Assembly: GCA_002346475.1 (NCBI GenBank)
Contig: DDZV01000022.1
Location: 7,175-71,174, forward strand
Source: Acidobacteria bacterium UBA2999
GTDB lineage: Bacteria > Acidobacteriota > Vicinamibacteria > Vicinamibacterales > UBA2999
DNA length: 64,000 nucleotides
Direction of reading: 5' to 3'
The translations under genes were made by a program, and so were the position numbers. The notes under the pieces are model-generated. The model did not search any database. It was not told the origin of the DNA and was given only the letters and a program-made list of their open reading frames with translations. Of the stretch, positions 18,401 to 29,081 are shown piece after piece (position 1 is the first letter of the stretch; each line of letters opens with the position of its first letter).

Positions 18401-19447
18401 TCATTCAAGCACAGAGAATTTAATATCCTGAGTAACCATTTTATCATTAGATTGGTCTGTTACTGTGGCTTCGAGGCGGAAGTCACTAGCAGGAAACTGC
18501 TCCAACGGCACACCAAACTGAGCTGGCACTTGACCCGAGTACTCTCCTGGTAAATTCTCAGCGTTGTAAGACTGTGTTAACGGAGCTGCAAAAGCCGTCT
18601 CCTCGCCCTCAGGTGATACCCGATAAAATTGCCAGCTCAGTTGAAGATCTGGCTGTTGCTGAGCTGCAATCTGACCACCATAAATAAAGAAAAATAACGT
18701 CAAGCCCTCTGCTTTTGTAAAACTGAGTTCTAGTTTCGGACGGATGTGTAGTGCCCCTCCAATGACGTACCGATTCCAGATCTTGGTGTCATCAGGTGCT
18801 TTCATTTCCATTTCACCAACCATGAAACTACTCACAGCAAGTTGATCAGCTTCAGAAAAATCAGGCGCGTTAAGATCGTGGCGTAACAGCGATACCTTTG
18901 TAAGTGCATCTGCCTCTTCATCACCTGTTGATATTTCCTTTATAGCGATAAACACTTCGTGCTCGCCAGGAGGCACAGCCATGCTCCCCATTACATAACC
19001 ATCGTCAGGGACCTCAAAAAATCGAACATCGCTCCATGCATATGGATCGACCATGCCAGCTTCGGGATCAGCTTCGGGATCAACTTCGGGATCAGCTTTA
19101 TCCATTTCAAAAACAGATTTGTCGTCAGCCCGTACATACATGCCCACATTGCTTGTTGAAAGTTGGCTGCGATCAATTGCTAATGTAAAAAAAATTGCGG
19201 TGTTGCCACCAGGTTCAGCTAGAAAGGACTGATGTACCCATGTTAAAGGAAACTGGGTAGGCGCGGCTGTTATACCCATACTTGTTTCATTTATGACATC
19301 ACGAAGCACCCTAACATCGTTCAGTTCGTTTTCGCTAAATTGAGGCTGTCCCTCTTGAAGCTCTTCCTCCTGTGCCCAAATAGGTTGTGAGGCTATCGAA
19401 ATTACAAATAAAGCACCGCAGACGGCAACGGCCTGGCGAATATACAT
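18401..19447 (-). CDS. Secreted hypothetical protein (two similar beta-rich halves, acidic (ADPE)n linker)
   Basis: 348 aa. Signal peptide ending IWAQEE. No family recognised. 44 nt upstream of the OMP gene on the same strand. Confidence 0.6.
   Translation of the reverse strand: MYIRQAVAVCGALFVISIASQPIWAQEEELQEGQPQFSENELNDVRVLRDVINETSMGITAAPTQFPLTWVHQSFLAEPGGNTAIFFTLAIDRSQLSTSNVGMYVRADDKSVFEMDKADPEVDPEADPEAGMVDPYAWSDVRFFEVPDDGYVMGSMAVPPGEHEVFIAIKEISTGDEEADALTKVSLLRHDLNAPDFSEADQLAVSSFMVGEMEMKAPDDTKIWNRYVIGGALHIRPKLELSFTKAEGLTLFFFIYGGQIAAQQQPDLQLSWQFYRVSPEGEETAFAAPLTQSYNAENLPGEYSGQVPAQFGVPLEQFPASDFRLEATVTDQSNDKMVTQDIKFSVLE
19059..19098 (-). repeat. 12-bp tandem repeat (gcttcgggatca, about 3.3 copies) inside the secreted-protein CDS
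   Basis: Read directly: gcttcgggatca gcttcgggatca acttcgggatca gctt. Encodes ADPEVDPEADPEAG on the minus strand. Confidence 0.9.
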
Positions 19448-19526
19448 AAGAATGCCTCTCTATAGTAGGGCGCCGGTATAGGCATGACGCGAGCTAACAA
19501 CTAACCCGCATCCAACAAAACGGCTG

Positions 19527-19555
19527 ATCATAGGTCTGAATAGGCAACAAGTCAA
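19527..19555 (-). promoter_or_regulatory. Candidate sigma70-type promoter for the 18401..19447 gene
   Basis: The minus strand reads TTGACT-(17 nt)-TATGAT, about 80 nt upstream of the start codon. Pattern match only. Confidence 0.3.
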
Positions 19556-19799
19556 TTTTCTTAACCTTTTTGAGGATACGCTAGATTAAAGAGGCCTCGT
19601 TTAGAAAGTTTTTGAAGAAGACACTCCCCTTTTTGAGGGGCAGACTCCTTGAACTGCACAGATTCCTGTTTCCAAGGAACCTTTCTATAAGCGACATTGC
19701 AGGACAGAAGTTATAGCTTCTCTTAAATCTCTTAAGAAAGATTCTCTGTGTGCATTATAAAATAGGGAAGTAGGTTGAATACAGGCCCCAAGGATAACA

Positions 19800-21113
19800 A
19801 TGCACATCGTACGCGTTAAAGGTCGGGAAATTCTCGACTCTCGCGGAAATCCCACCGTCGAAGTAGACATCCATCTAGATACTGGGTCACGTGGACGGGC
19901 AGCTGTTCCATCAGGCATCTCAACTGGAAAATATGAAGCACTAGAACTTCGAGACAAAGACACTAAACGTTATCTTGGCAAAGGCGTGAAAAAAGCCGTT
20001 TCCCATATTAACGAAGAAATTTCCTCAGCAATTTGTGGGCACCAGCTAGAACAGACAGACCTCGACAAACTCCTTATTAAACTCGATGGAACAGCTACAA
20101 AAAGCCGGTTGGGAGCCAATGCTTTACTTGGGGTGTCAATAGCTGCCGCTAAAGCGGAAGCTGCTAATCTCGGTCTTCCACTGTACGCCCATCTCAGAAA
20201 ACTAAGCAATCAGAACATGTCTGATCGTTATCAGCTACCAGTACCAATGATGAACATCCTCAATGGCGGTGCTCATGCGAACAGCAATGTTGATTTACAG
20301 GAATTCATGGTGCTCCCAGTCGGCGCGAGTTCGTTTGGTCATGCGCTCCAGATCGGGAGCGAAATATTCCATGTTCTAGCAGAGCTTCTGCAGAAAGCTG
20401 GACATCCAACTAGTGTTGGTGACGAGGGCGGGTTTGCACCCAAACTTCGATCTAATCATGAGGCGCTAGATCTAATTGTTGATGCAATTAGAATCGCCGG
20501 CTTTAACATTGGTAAAGAAGTATTCCTTGGCTTAGATGTAGCATCCAGCGAACTTTTTAAAAATGGAAAATACTACTTTAAAAAATCTGGTGAGCCGGCC
20601 CGAAACGCTGAAGAAATGATCGAAATGTACAAAAAGTGGTGCCAAGAATACCCGCTTATTTCAATTGAAGATGGAATCTCTGAGTCTGACTGGGATGGCT
20701 GGAAATTACTTACAAGTACTCTAGGCGACAAGCTTCAACTTGTCGGCGATGATGTCTTTGCAACAAATCCAAAGATCCTGCGTAAGGGAATTGAAGATGG
20801 CGTGGCTAATGCTTTGCTCGTAAAGTTCAATCAAATTGGAACCCTCTCTGAAACACTAGAGGCAGTTGCCATCGCTCGTAAGGCTGGTTATGCAAGTGTC
20901 ATCTCGCACCGCTCCGGCGAAACTGACGATACTACTATTGCCGATCTGTCTGTTGCCCTTAATTCTGGCCAAATCAAAGCCGGATCGACTAGCCGCTCTG
21001 ACCGTATTGCCAAGTACAATCAACTACTACGCATCGAAGAAGAACTAGGTTCGCAAGCATATTACGCTGGCAATTCAGCATTTAAACACCTGTCAAAAAG
21101 CGTAGTTATATAG
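19800..21113 (+). CDS. eno: Enolase
   Basis: 437 aa. [23 protein letters not shown]..., SHRSGET and AAGGA Shine-Dalgarno. Confidence 0.97.
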   Translation: MHIVRVKGREILDSRGNPTVEVDIHLDTGSRGRAAVPSGISTGKYEALELRDKDTKRYLGKGVKKAVSHINEEISSAICGHQLEQTDLDKLLIKLDGTATKSRLGANALLGVSIAAAKAEAANLGLPLYAHLRKLSNQNMSDRYQLPVPMMNILNGGAHANSNVDLQEFMVLPVGASSFGHALQIGSEIFHVLAELLQKAGHPTSVGDEGGFAPKLRSNHEALDLIVDAIRIAGFNIGKEVFLGLDVASSELFKNGKYYFKKSGEPARNAEEMIEMYKKWCQEYPLISIEDGISESDWDGWKLLTSTLGDKLQLVGDDVFATNPKILRKGIEDGVANALLVKFNQIGTLSETLEAVAIARKAGYASVISHRSGETDDTTIADLSVALNSGQIKAGSTSRSDRIAKYNQLLRIEEELGSQAYYAGNSAFKHLSKSVVI

Positions 21114-21128
21114 ATACATTAATAATTA

Positions 21129-21878
21129 ATGCAAAAACTTGTTTTGCTTCGGCACGGACAAAGTACCTGGAACAAAGAAAACCGCTTTACTGGATGGGTT
21201 GACGTTGATCTCACAAAGCAGGGACAAGGTGAAGCTCAAGATGCTGGTCGGTTAATGCGGGCTGATGGTCTCAATTTTGATATTGCTTACACCTCATTAC
21301 TCAAACGGGCCCTTCGCACACTTTGGATAACTCTTGATGAAATGGAACTGGCATCACTGCGAATTGAGCAAACATGGCGCCTGAACGAACGGCACTATGG
21401 CGCATTACAAGGCCTGAAGAAAAATGAGGTGGCTACAGAACATGGTGAGGACAAAGTAAAAATTTGGCGCCGTAGCTATAAGATACCACCACCGCCTTTA
21501 TCACTAGATGATCCGCGGCACCCTTCTCATGACCCTCTCTATGCAAAGTTTTCTAACGAGTCGTTACCAAGCACAGAATCGTTGCAAGATACCGTCACAC
21601 GCTTTCTTCCTTATTGGGAGAACACCATAGCTCCATCAATTCAAGAAAAAAAACAAGTACTTATTGTTGCCCATGGCAACAGCCTTCGTGCACTTATTAA
21701 GTTGTTAGAAGATATGTCCGAAGAAGAAATTGTTGAGCTTAACATTCCAACAGGAGTTCCATTGGTCTACGAACTTGATCAGGATTTAAAAACTCAACAC
21801 AAGTATTACCTTGGAAATCAAAAAGCGATAAAAAAAGCAATGGCCGCCGTCGCCAGACAAGGGAGTGCAACTAAATAG
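21129..21878 (+). CDS. gpmA: 2,3-bisphosphoglycerate-dependent phosphoglycerate mutase
   Basis: 249 aa. [20 protein letters not shown] signature. Confidence 0.95.
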   Translation: MQKLVLLRHGQSTWNKENRFTGWVDVDLTKQGQGEAQDAGRLMRADGLNFDIAYTSLLKRALRTLWITLDEMELASLRIEQTWRLNERHYGALQGLKKNEVATEHGEDKVKIWRRSYKIPPPPLSLDDPRHPSHDPLYAKFSNESLPSTESLQDTVTRFLPYWENTIAPSIQEKKQVLIVAHGNSLRALIKLLEDMSEEEIVELNIPTGVPLVYELDQDLKTQHKYYLGNQKAIKKAMAAVARQGSATK

Positions 21879-21919
21879 TTACAATTTTGATTTGATGACT
21901 ACAAAGAAAAAGCTTAGAC

Positions 21920-22222
21920 CTATTCCACAGTTTCTTTAGTCTCATTGCCAGAAATTCGTAACGAACGAAGAAAGCGTCTATCATTATTTGTCAGATCAAA
22001 CTGCTTTGGTGCAGGGAGTTGGCGGGCAGGTATAGAAACTTTTGCTATTGGACTATTTTCAGATCGATTGACAAAACCTACAACAGCCTCAAGCTTTAAA
22101 CGCATGTCATATCCTGACTCTCGAGCTCTTGTACGACATGCTTCAACCTGGGGATCTTCAGCAACCGCTGCAGCGATTGCATCCGCAAGTTCTTTCGCAA
22201 ATTTATTTACGACGTCATCCAT
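21920..22222 (-). CDS. Hypothetical protein (100 aa)
   Basis: Protein-like composition, whereas the antisense ORF 21945..22250 is Ser/Arg-rich. No family recognised. Confidence 0.45.
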   Translation of the reverse strand: MDDVVNKFAKELADAIAAAVAEDPQVEACRTRARESGYDMRLKLEAVVGFVNRSENSPIAKVSIPARQLPAPKQFDLTNNDRRFLRSLRISGNETKETVE

Positions 22223-22396
22223 TGTAAAGACTTTAGTTATAAGTAGATAAAAGCATTCTAAGTGCCTGGCTCACTAGGTGTCAACTAAACTAGCCAAGTA
22301 AAATTGAAGGGTCGTTCTGGTATTCCTGAAAAGTTGTCTGTCATTTTGACACCGCTTCGAAGCAGGCTGGAGTAAGATTCGGCCACCCTAGAATAG

Positions 22397-23959
22397 ATGA
22401 ACAATAAAACTAAGCGAAGTAACTGTTATAACCCTGAAGATCTTGGCAGGCATGACCCAGCCGAAGCCCTCGGTCAACCTGGCACATTCCCATTCACCCG
22501 TGGCATTTGGCCAACGATGTACGGTGAACGACCGTGGACTATGAGGCAGTACTCTGGCTTTGCTACAGCAAAAGAATCAAATGAACGTTATCGGTACCTG
22601 CTTTCCCAAGGCGTAAACGGTCTTAGTGTTGCGTTCGATTTGCCAACACAACTTGGCTATGATTCAGACCACTCCCTTGCAACTGGCGAGGTTGGACGAA
22701 CTGGGGTCGCAATTGACTCAATTGAGGACTTTTCTATGCTCTTTGATGGAATCGCACTCAATAAAGTCTCGACTTCGATGACTATTAACGCAACAGCAGT
22801 TATTCTGCTGGCCCTGTACATCGCCGTTGCTAAACGGCAAAACGTTGAACTCCGTGACCTCTCCGGGACCCTGCAAAACGATATTTTAAAAGAGTACGTT
22901 GCAAGGGGCGCATACATCTACCCTCCGCGAAGCTCGCTTAGAATTGTCACTGATGTTTTTGAATTTTGCGAACAAGCATTACCAAAACTGAACACTATCT
23001 CTATCAGTGGCTATCACATCCGTGAAGCTGGCTCGACAGCAGTCCAAGAAGTTGCCTTCACACTCGCTCATGCAATTGCCTACGTCGAGGCCGCCGTAGC
23101 AAAAGGATTGCAAGTCAACAACTTTGGAAAACGGCTTTCTTTCTTTTTTAATGCCCACAATGATTTTCTTGAAGAAATCGCAAAATTTAGAGCTGCACGG
23201 CGCATGTGGGCCCGCTTAATGCGTGACCGCTTCGGCGCTACAAACCCACGAGCACAACAATTACGATTCCACACACAGACTGCCGGAAGTACTCTTACTG
23301 CCCAACAGCCTGACAACAACATTGTACGCGTTACCCTGCAAGCCCTTGCCGCAGTTCTTGGAGGTACTCAATCATTACACTGCAACGCCAAGGATGAAGC
23401 ACTGGCCCTCCCAACCGAGGAGTCTGGAACTATTGCTTTGCGAACGCAACAAATACTGCTTCATGAGAGTGGTGTTACAAACACTGTTGATCCAATGGGA
23501 GGTTCGTACGCAATCGAGCATCTCACGGACACTATTGAGCGTGAAGCAACAGCGTTGCTAAAGCATATTGACAAACTTGGTGGAACACTTGCAGCAATCG
23601 AATCTGGTTTTATTCAGCAAAGCATTCAGGATGCTGCATACAAAGCACAACAGGCGATTGACTCAAAAGAAGCGGTTGTGGTCGGTGTCAACAAATATAC
23701 AACCGGCGATAAACCTCACTCTTCCGTTTTTCGCATCGATCCATCACTCGAACGTGAGCAGATTGATCGGTTGCGTAAAGTTAGAGCTAGTCGAAGCAAA
23801 TCAGACTGGACTGCAGCCTTAAAAGCAGTGGAAACCGCTGCTATTGATGGGAAAAACCTAGTGCCGTCTATCATTGAAGCTGTTGAGCAATACGCTACGC
23901 TTGGTGAAATATCAGATACTCTTCGTGGAGTTTTTGGCGAATATCGAGACATCTCATAA
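22397..23959 (+). CDS. Methylmalonyl-CoA (acyl-CoA) mutase family, catalytic N-terminal (TIM-barrel) subunit, without the B12-binding domain
   Basis: 520 aa. [45 protein letters not shown] and [22 protein letters not shown] are typical of split mutases. Confidence 0.9.
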   Translation: MNNKTKRSNCYNPEDLGRHDPAEALGQPGTFPFTRGIWPTMYGERPWTMRQYSGFATAKESNERYRYLLSQGVNGLSVAFDLPTQLGYDSDHSLATGEVGRTGVAIDSIEDFSMLFDGIALNKVSTSMTINATAVILLALYIAVAKRQNVELRDLSGTLQNDILKEYVARGAYIYPPRSSLRIVTDVFEFCEQALPKLNTISISGYHIREAGSTAVQEVAFTLAHAIAYVEAAVAKGLQVNNFGKRLSFFFNAHNDFLEEIAKFRAARRMWARLMRDRFGATNPRAQQLRFHTQTAGSTLTAQQPDNNIVRVTLQALAAVLGGTQSLHCNAKDEALALPTEESGTIALRTQQILLHESGVTNTVDPMGGSYAIEHLTDTIEREATALLKHIDKLGGTLAAIESGFIQQSIQDAAYKAQQAIDSKEAVVVGVNKYTTGDKPHSSVFRIDPSLEREQIDRLRKVRASRSKSDWTAALKAVETAAIDGKNLVPSIIEAVEQYATLGEISDTLRGVFGEYRDIS

Positions 23960-23964
23960 AAACT

Positions 23965-24762
23965 ATGGATAAGCCGTTGCTTGAAGTAGAACACTTGACG
24001 ATCGTTTTTGAGCACGCGATCGAAAAAGTAACTGCTGTTAATGATGTTAGTTTTGCTATACCTCGAGGAAAAACCCTTGGATTAGTAGGGGAATCAGGTA
24101 GTGGAAAATCGATGACCGCGTTTGGGATTCTTCGGTTACTGCCATCTGGTGGACGTATTACAGCTGGCACCGTACGTTTTAATGGGTCCGATCTAATGAC
24201 ACTAACAGAGTCAGAAATGCAAGAGCTTCGGGGAGCTAATATATCGCTGATTTTTCAAGAACCTATAATCGCTTTAAATCCAACCATGCAAGTAGGAGAA
24301 CAAATTGCTGAAGCACTAACTGTGCACCATAAAACTTCTGGAACAGAAACTCGAGCCAGAGTGGTTGAATTGCTTGAGGCGGTTCAAATCCCAAACGCAA
24401 TTGATCGTGTTAAAGATTATCCACATCAACTTTCTGGTGGCATGCGACAAAGGATTATGATCGCCATTGCGTTAGCCTGTCGTCCATTGTTGTTAATTGC
24501 AGACGAACCAACAACTGCACTTGATATGACAATTCAGGCTGAGGTGCTCGACTTGCTCCGTGAATTACGCGCAACATATAACTTGTCATTACTACTGATT
24601 ACTCACGATTTTGGGGTAATTGCAGAAATGGCCGACTATGTTGCCATTATGCATCAGGGTCAAATAGTTGAACAAGGTCCAGTACGTCAAATTTTACGAA
24701 AACCATTACATGCCTATACGCGTTCGCTTTTAGAAGCAGTCCCTGGTCATAGCTGGACCTGA
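23965..24762 (+). CDS. ABC transporter ATP-binding protein, DppD/OppD type
   Basis: 265 aa. Walker A GESGSGKS, signature LSGGMRQR and Walker [13 protein letters not shown]. Starts 5 nt after the mutase gene. Confidence 0.85.
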   Translation: MDKPLLEVEHLTIVFEHAIEKVTAVNDVSFAIPRGKTLGLVGESGSGKSMTAFGILRLLPSGGRITAGTVRFNGSDLMTLTESEMQELRGANISLIFQEPIIALNPTMQVGEQIAEALTVHHKTSGTETRARVVELLEAVQIPNAIDRVKDYPHQLSGGMRQRIMIAIALACRPLLLIADEPTTALDMTIQAEVLDLLRELRATYNLSLLLITHDFGVIAEMADYVAIMHQGQIVEQGPVRQILRKPLHAYTRSLLEAVPGHSWT

Positions 24763-25640
24763 TGCCGGTTCTTGAAGTTCACAATCTCGTTAAACATTTC
24801 ATACGTCCTCAGGGTTTTTTGAAAAAGGCTACTGTCGTTCGCGCGGTAGATGGAATTAGCTTCACTATCGAAGAAGGTGAGATGTTTGGGCTTGTTGGTG
24901 AATCCGGCAGTGGAAAAAGTACAACGGGACGTTGCATCTTGCGCTTGCTAGAACCAACAACAGGGAAAATACTGTTTAAAGGTGAAAACGTTATTGATTT
25001 TTCACCCGAACGAATGCGACAAGCACGTAGAGAAATGCAAATTGTGTTTCAAGACCCAGTCTCGTCACTCAATCCGCGTATGCGTGCCGGTGCTATCGTG
25101 GAGGAACCATTAGTAATTCACAATCTTGGTAGTCGCGACAACCGTTATAACCGCGTGCAGGAATTATTCCGACTCGTAGGTCTCAACCCAGATCACTTAT
25201 TACGATATCCCCATCAGTTTAGTGGTGGCCAGCGTCAGCGCCTTGGTATTGCCAGAGCTCTAGCCCTAAATCCCGCTTTTATTATTGCTGACGAGGCTGT
25301 CTCTGCGCTGGACATGTCAATTCAAGCTCAGATTATCAACTTGCTAATCGATCTTCAGCGACAGCTAAATCTTACATATCTATTTATTGCTCATGATCTA
25401 CGGCTTGTAGAGCATATCTGTACTAGAGTTGCAGTGATGTACTTAGGAAAAATTGTGGAAATGGGTAAGACCAATGTCTTGTTCCAAGCATCTAGACATC
25501 CTTATACACAAGCGCTCCTCAGCGCTGTCCCGAGTCTTGATCCAGATTCTCCACGTAAAAGAATTACCCTAGACCCAATGTCTTTCAATAAGGATGCTCC
25601 ATTACGAAAGATTGGTGACTCACACTGGGCCGCTATTTAA
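24762..25640 (+). CDS. ABC transporter ATP-binding protein, DppF/OppF type
   Basis: 292 aa. [28 protein letters not shown] and [16 protein letters not shown]-type overlap with the preceding gene. Confidence 0.85.
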   Translation: MPVLEVHNLVKHFIRPQGFLKKATVVRAVDGISFTIEEGEMFGLVGESGSGKSTTGRCILRLLEPTTGKILFKGENVIDFSPERMRQARREMQIVFQDPVSSLNPRMRAGAIVEEPLVIHNLGSRDNRYNRVQELFRLVGLNPDHLLRYPHQFSGGQRQRLGIARALALNPAFIIADEAVSALDMSIQAQIINLLIDLQRQLNLTYLFIAHDLRLVEHICTRVAVMYLGKIVEMGKTNVLFQASRHPYTQALLSAVPSLDPDSPRKRITLDPMSFNKDAPLRKIGDSHWAAI

Positions 25641-25684
25641 GGGTTAAGATTGCGACATAGATATTCAATTTTTGAGGTGTTGCT

Positions 25685-26224
25685 ATGAAAATCAAGTCTC
25701 GTATTTTAGTCATTACTATCTCGTGGGTACTATGTACCGTCCTGGCAAACGCTCAAAATGTAACGAAGGAAAATGTTGCTGGAATCAGAAACTTTGCCCG
25801 AGTTGAAACTACCGTTGCCTGTGCGGGTGCGACAAACCCAGAAGCCCTGGCCGAAATTAAAAACATGGGTTTTGCATCAGTTATAAACCTTCGGCTCTCT
25901 GGAGAACGCGACAATAATGTATCGGCAGAAGCAAAGGTAGCAGAAAAAGTAGGCCTGAAATTTATTCACTTACCATTCAATGGTGGATCGCCAGACCCAG
26001 CCGTAGCAGATCGTTTTATTAAAACAATAACCCAGCCTGGATACCAACCAGCTTTCATCCATTGTGCTGGAGGGGTTCGGGCTGCTGCTATGTGGTTAAT
26101 TAAACGTCTCGTTGTCGACAAGTGGGATGTGCCACGCGCTATGACTGAGGCCGAAGCCTTGGGACTAACAAGTAGACGGCTAAAACAGTTTGCCCTCGAC
26201 TATGCCAGTCAACAGACACAATAG
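25685..26224 (+). CDS. Secreted DUF442-like (PTP-fold, Cys-x4-Arg loop) protein
   Basis: 179 aa. Signal peptide (...LANAQN) and P-loop-like IHCAGGVRAA. Assignment tentative. Confidence 0.55.
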   Translation: MKIKSRILVITISWVLCTVLANAQNVTKENVAGIRNFARVETTVACAGATNPEALAEIKNMGFASVINLRLSGERDNNVSAEAKVAEKVGLKFIHLPFNGGSPDPAVADRFIKTITQPGYQPAFIHCAGGVRAAAMWLIKRLVVDKWDVPRAMTEAEALGLTSRRLKQFALDYASQQTQ

Positions 26225-26251
26225 CGATAAGAAGCTATCCGATAACACACG

Positions 26252-26938
26252 TCAAGACGCTTGTACAACGTCTTTCTCAATGCGACCATCTCTGATATGA
26301 ATCACCCGTCGAGCAAAAGCAGCTAACTCAGCTTCGTGGGTCACAAGAACAATAGTATTGCCAGCTTCGTGGAGACGCTCGAAAAGCGCCATAATCTCTT
26401 CGCCAGTTTTAGAATCGAGGTTTCCTGTCGGTTCATCAGCTAGCAGTATCGATGGTTCGTTGACCAACGCCCGGGCAATAGCTACACGCTGACGTTGACC
26501 TCCAGATAATTCGTTTGGTCGATGTTTTAAACGATCTGACAATTCAACACGGGCTAGTGCACGATTTGCCAACTCGAGTCGTTTCTGTCCAGACACACCA
26601 GCATAAATCAATGGAAGCTCTACGTTGTGTAGGGCTGTAGCCCGTGGCAACAGATTAAAAGTCTGAAACACAAAACCAATTTCCTTGTTACGAATGCTCG
26701 CTAATTCATCATCATCCATCTGACTTACTTCACGCCCGTTAAGTAAGTACGTCCCCTGACTGGGAGTATCAAGACAGCCAATTAAATTCATTAACGTTGA
26801 CTTGCCTGAACCAGAGGGACCCATAATAGCAACGTACTCACCCCGTTCGATTTGTACTGATACATCTTGTAGGGCGTTAATTTCTTCCGAGCCCATTTGG
26901 TAAGTTTTCCAAAGATTTTGAGTATCAATAACAGGCAT
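26252..26938 (-). CDS. ABC transporter ATP-binding protein, MacB/LolD/FtsE type
   Basis: 228 aa. [24 protein letters not shown] and [11 protein letters not shown]. No FtsX-type permease is adjacent. Confidence 0.85.
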   Translation of the reverse strand: MPVIDTQNLWKTYQMGSEEINALQDVSVQIERGEYVAIMGPSGSGKSTLMNLIGCLDTPSQGTYLLNGREVSQMDDDELASIRNKEIGFVFQTFNLLPRATALHNVELPLIYAGVSGQKRLELANRALARVELSDRLKHRPNELSGGQRQRVAIARALVNEPSILLADEPTGNLDSKTGEEIMALFERLHEAGNTIVLVTHEAELAAFARRVIHIRDGRIEKDVVQAS

Positions 26939-27038
26939 ATTTTCGTCAACAGTTAGTTGAAAGAACTTTTAATAATTTACGGAAATGGTCGATGATTAGT
27001 TCCACAAACATCTAAGGGCACAGAACCGCCCCTAATTG

Positions 27039-29006
27039 TCAATGTTCTTCCTGGTACTGCTCCTGTAACTTACTCACGACTGCTGGGTCTGCTAGAGTCG
27101 TAGTATCACCGAGAGCCTTACCCTCTGCGATATCACGGAGTAATCGGCGCATAATCTTTCCTGAGCGTGTCTTTGGAAGATCGGCAGAAAAAATAATGTC
27201 ATCTGGACGAGCTATAGGTCCGATTTTCTTAACAACATGTTCCTTTAGCTCACTGCTTAAGTTGTTACTTGGTGTCGATTGGTCTTTTAAGGTTACGAAA
27301 GCCGCCACCGCTTGTCCTTTTATTTCGTGAGGTCTGCCAACAACAGCTGCCTCAGCTACCACGGGGTGATCTACAAGGGCACTTTCCACTTCCATTGTTC
27401 CAATACGATGGCCAGCTACATTCAATACATCGTCAACACGACCGAGCAACCAAAAATAACCATCTTCGTCAAGTTTGGCACCATCTCCTGTGACATAAAT
27501 ATCATGCCCCCAACGGTTCCAATAGGTGCTGACATAACGATCATGATCACCGTAGATCGTCCGCAACATTGAAGGCCAAGGATATGTTTGAACTAGATAA
27601 CCCCCACCAACCGAAACCTTCTCACCGCTTTCTTTCACTACAGCAGGTTTGAGACCAGGAAATGGCTTTGACGCTGAACCTGGCTTGAGGGTGGTAATAC
27701 CAGGGAGCGGAGTGATAAGAATGCTACCAGTTTCCGTCTGCCACCAGGTATCTACAACCGGACAGCGCTCACCTCCAACGTAGTGGTAGTACCACATCCA
27801 TGCCTCAGGATTGATTGGTTCTCCAACCGAACCAATAAGACGCAATGAACTAAGATCATGCTTCTGAAGATGCTCAGGACCCCATTTCATAAACGCACGA
27901 ATAGCAGTCGGTGCTGTATAAAAAATCGTGACTTTATACTTTTCTACAAGTTCCCACAGCCGATCACGACCTGGCGTATCAGGCGCGCCCTCATACATTA
28001 CACAGGTCGCACCATTAGCTAGTGGCCCATAGACTAGATAGGTATGACCAGTAATCCAACCTATGTCAGCAGTACACCAGTAGACATCATCATCTTTAAG
28101 ATCGAAAACCCATTTGGCTGTAGCGTAAGCTCCGGTTAAATAACCAGCAGTTGTGTGTGCAATGCCCTTAGGCTTACCAGTCGTGCCAGATGTGTAAAGG
28201 GTAAACAGAAGATCCTCGGCATCGTTCTCGTAAGCCTCACAGGTATCTCCAGCTTTTGCTATCAGATCATGGTACCAACAATCACGTCCGACAACGAAGT
28301 CGTGTGTTGTGTCCAAGCCTTCTCGTTTGACTAAAAGAACTTTTTTGACACTCGGGGCCCCATTAAGGGCTTCATCAGAGATTTTCTTAAGAGGTATAAC
28401 GCCTCCTCTCCGATAACCGCCGTCAGCCGTGACTAATAGCTTGGCCTGTGCATCATTTATTCGATCGCGCAATGATTCCGCGCTAAACCCTCCAAACACA
28501 ACGCTGTGAACTGCACCAATACGGGCACAGGCGAGCAACACAATTGGCAGTTCAATGATCATTGGTAAATAAACTGCAACTCGATCACCGTGTTTAATGC
28601 CGAGGTTTTTGAGTACATTCGCGCACTTCTGAACCTCTATGTGTAGTTCTTTGTAGGTCAGTGTTTTTGTATCACCAGGTTCACCTTCCCAGACAATTGC
28701 ACGCTTGTCACGTTTGCTACCAAGGGCATGGCGATCAACACAATTTACGCAAGCATTAATCTTTCCACCAATGAACCACCTGGCATCTGGAGGCTGCCAG
28801 TCGAGAACTCTGTCCCAAGGCTTGCTCCATACGAGTTCCTTTGCAAACCCAGCCCAGAATTTTTCGGGATCTGCAGCAGCTTTCTCGTAGATGTCAGGGT
28901 CGTTAATGTTGGCGTTTTTTTTGAATTCTTCCGGTGGCGGAAAAACACGTTTTTCCTGTAAAAGATTGTCGATTTCAGCCTCGGAAGACTGCTGTTTCTT
29001 ACTCAT
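27039..29006 (-). CDS. acs: Acetyl-CoA synthetase
   Basis: 655 aa. [18 protein letters not shown] and the C-terminal ...[15 protein letters not shown] signature. Confidence 0.95.
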   Translation of the reverse strand: MSKKQQSSEAEIDNLLQEKRVFPPPEEFKKNANINDPDIYEKAAADPEKFWAGFAKELVWSKPWDRVLDWQPPDARWFIGGKINACVNCVDRHALGSKRDKRAIVWEGEPGDTKTLTYKELHIEVQKCANVLKNLGIKHGDRVAVYLPMIIELPIVLLACARIGAVHSVVFGGFSAESLRDRINDAQAKLLVTADGGYRRGGVIPLKKISDEALNGAPSVKKVLLVKREGLDTTHDFVVGRDCWYHDLIAKAGDTCEAYENDAEDLLFTLYTSGTTGKPKGIAHTTAGYLTGAYATAKWVFDLKDDDVYWCTADIGWITGHTYLVYGPLANGATCVMYEGAPDTPGRDRLWELVEKYKVTIFYTAPTAIRAFMKWGPEHLQKHDLSSLRLIGSVGEPINPEAWMWYYHYVGGERCPVVDTWWQTETGSILITPLPGITTLKPGSASKPFPGLKPAVVKESGEKVSVGGGYLVQTYPWPSMLRTIYGDHDRYVSTYWNRWGHDIYVTGDGAKLDEDGYFWLLGRVDDVLNVAGHRIGTMEVESALVDHPVVAEAAVVGRPHEIKGQAVAAFVTLKDQSTPSNNLSSELKEHVVKKIGPIARPDDIIFSADLPKTRSGKIMRRLLRDIAEGKALGDTTTLADPAVVSKLQEQYQEEH

Positions 29007-29081
29007 ACGCGAGTCATAGTACTTGAAATTTTGAGTTAGAACAGAACTAACTAAACGAATGCCTGATAAGTAAGAAAATGT

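Noticed and set aside
22223-22396. Possible cobalamin riboswitch or structured leader upstream of the mutase gene, including the 8-bp inverted repeat GGTGTCAA (22277..22284) / TTGACACC (22346..22353)
   Set aside because: No B12-box-like core was recognised. A single 8-bp inverted match within about 170 bp is roughly what chance would give. An Infernal/Rfam scan would settle it.
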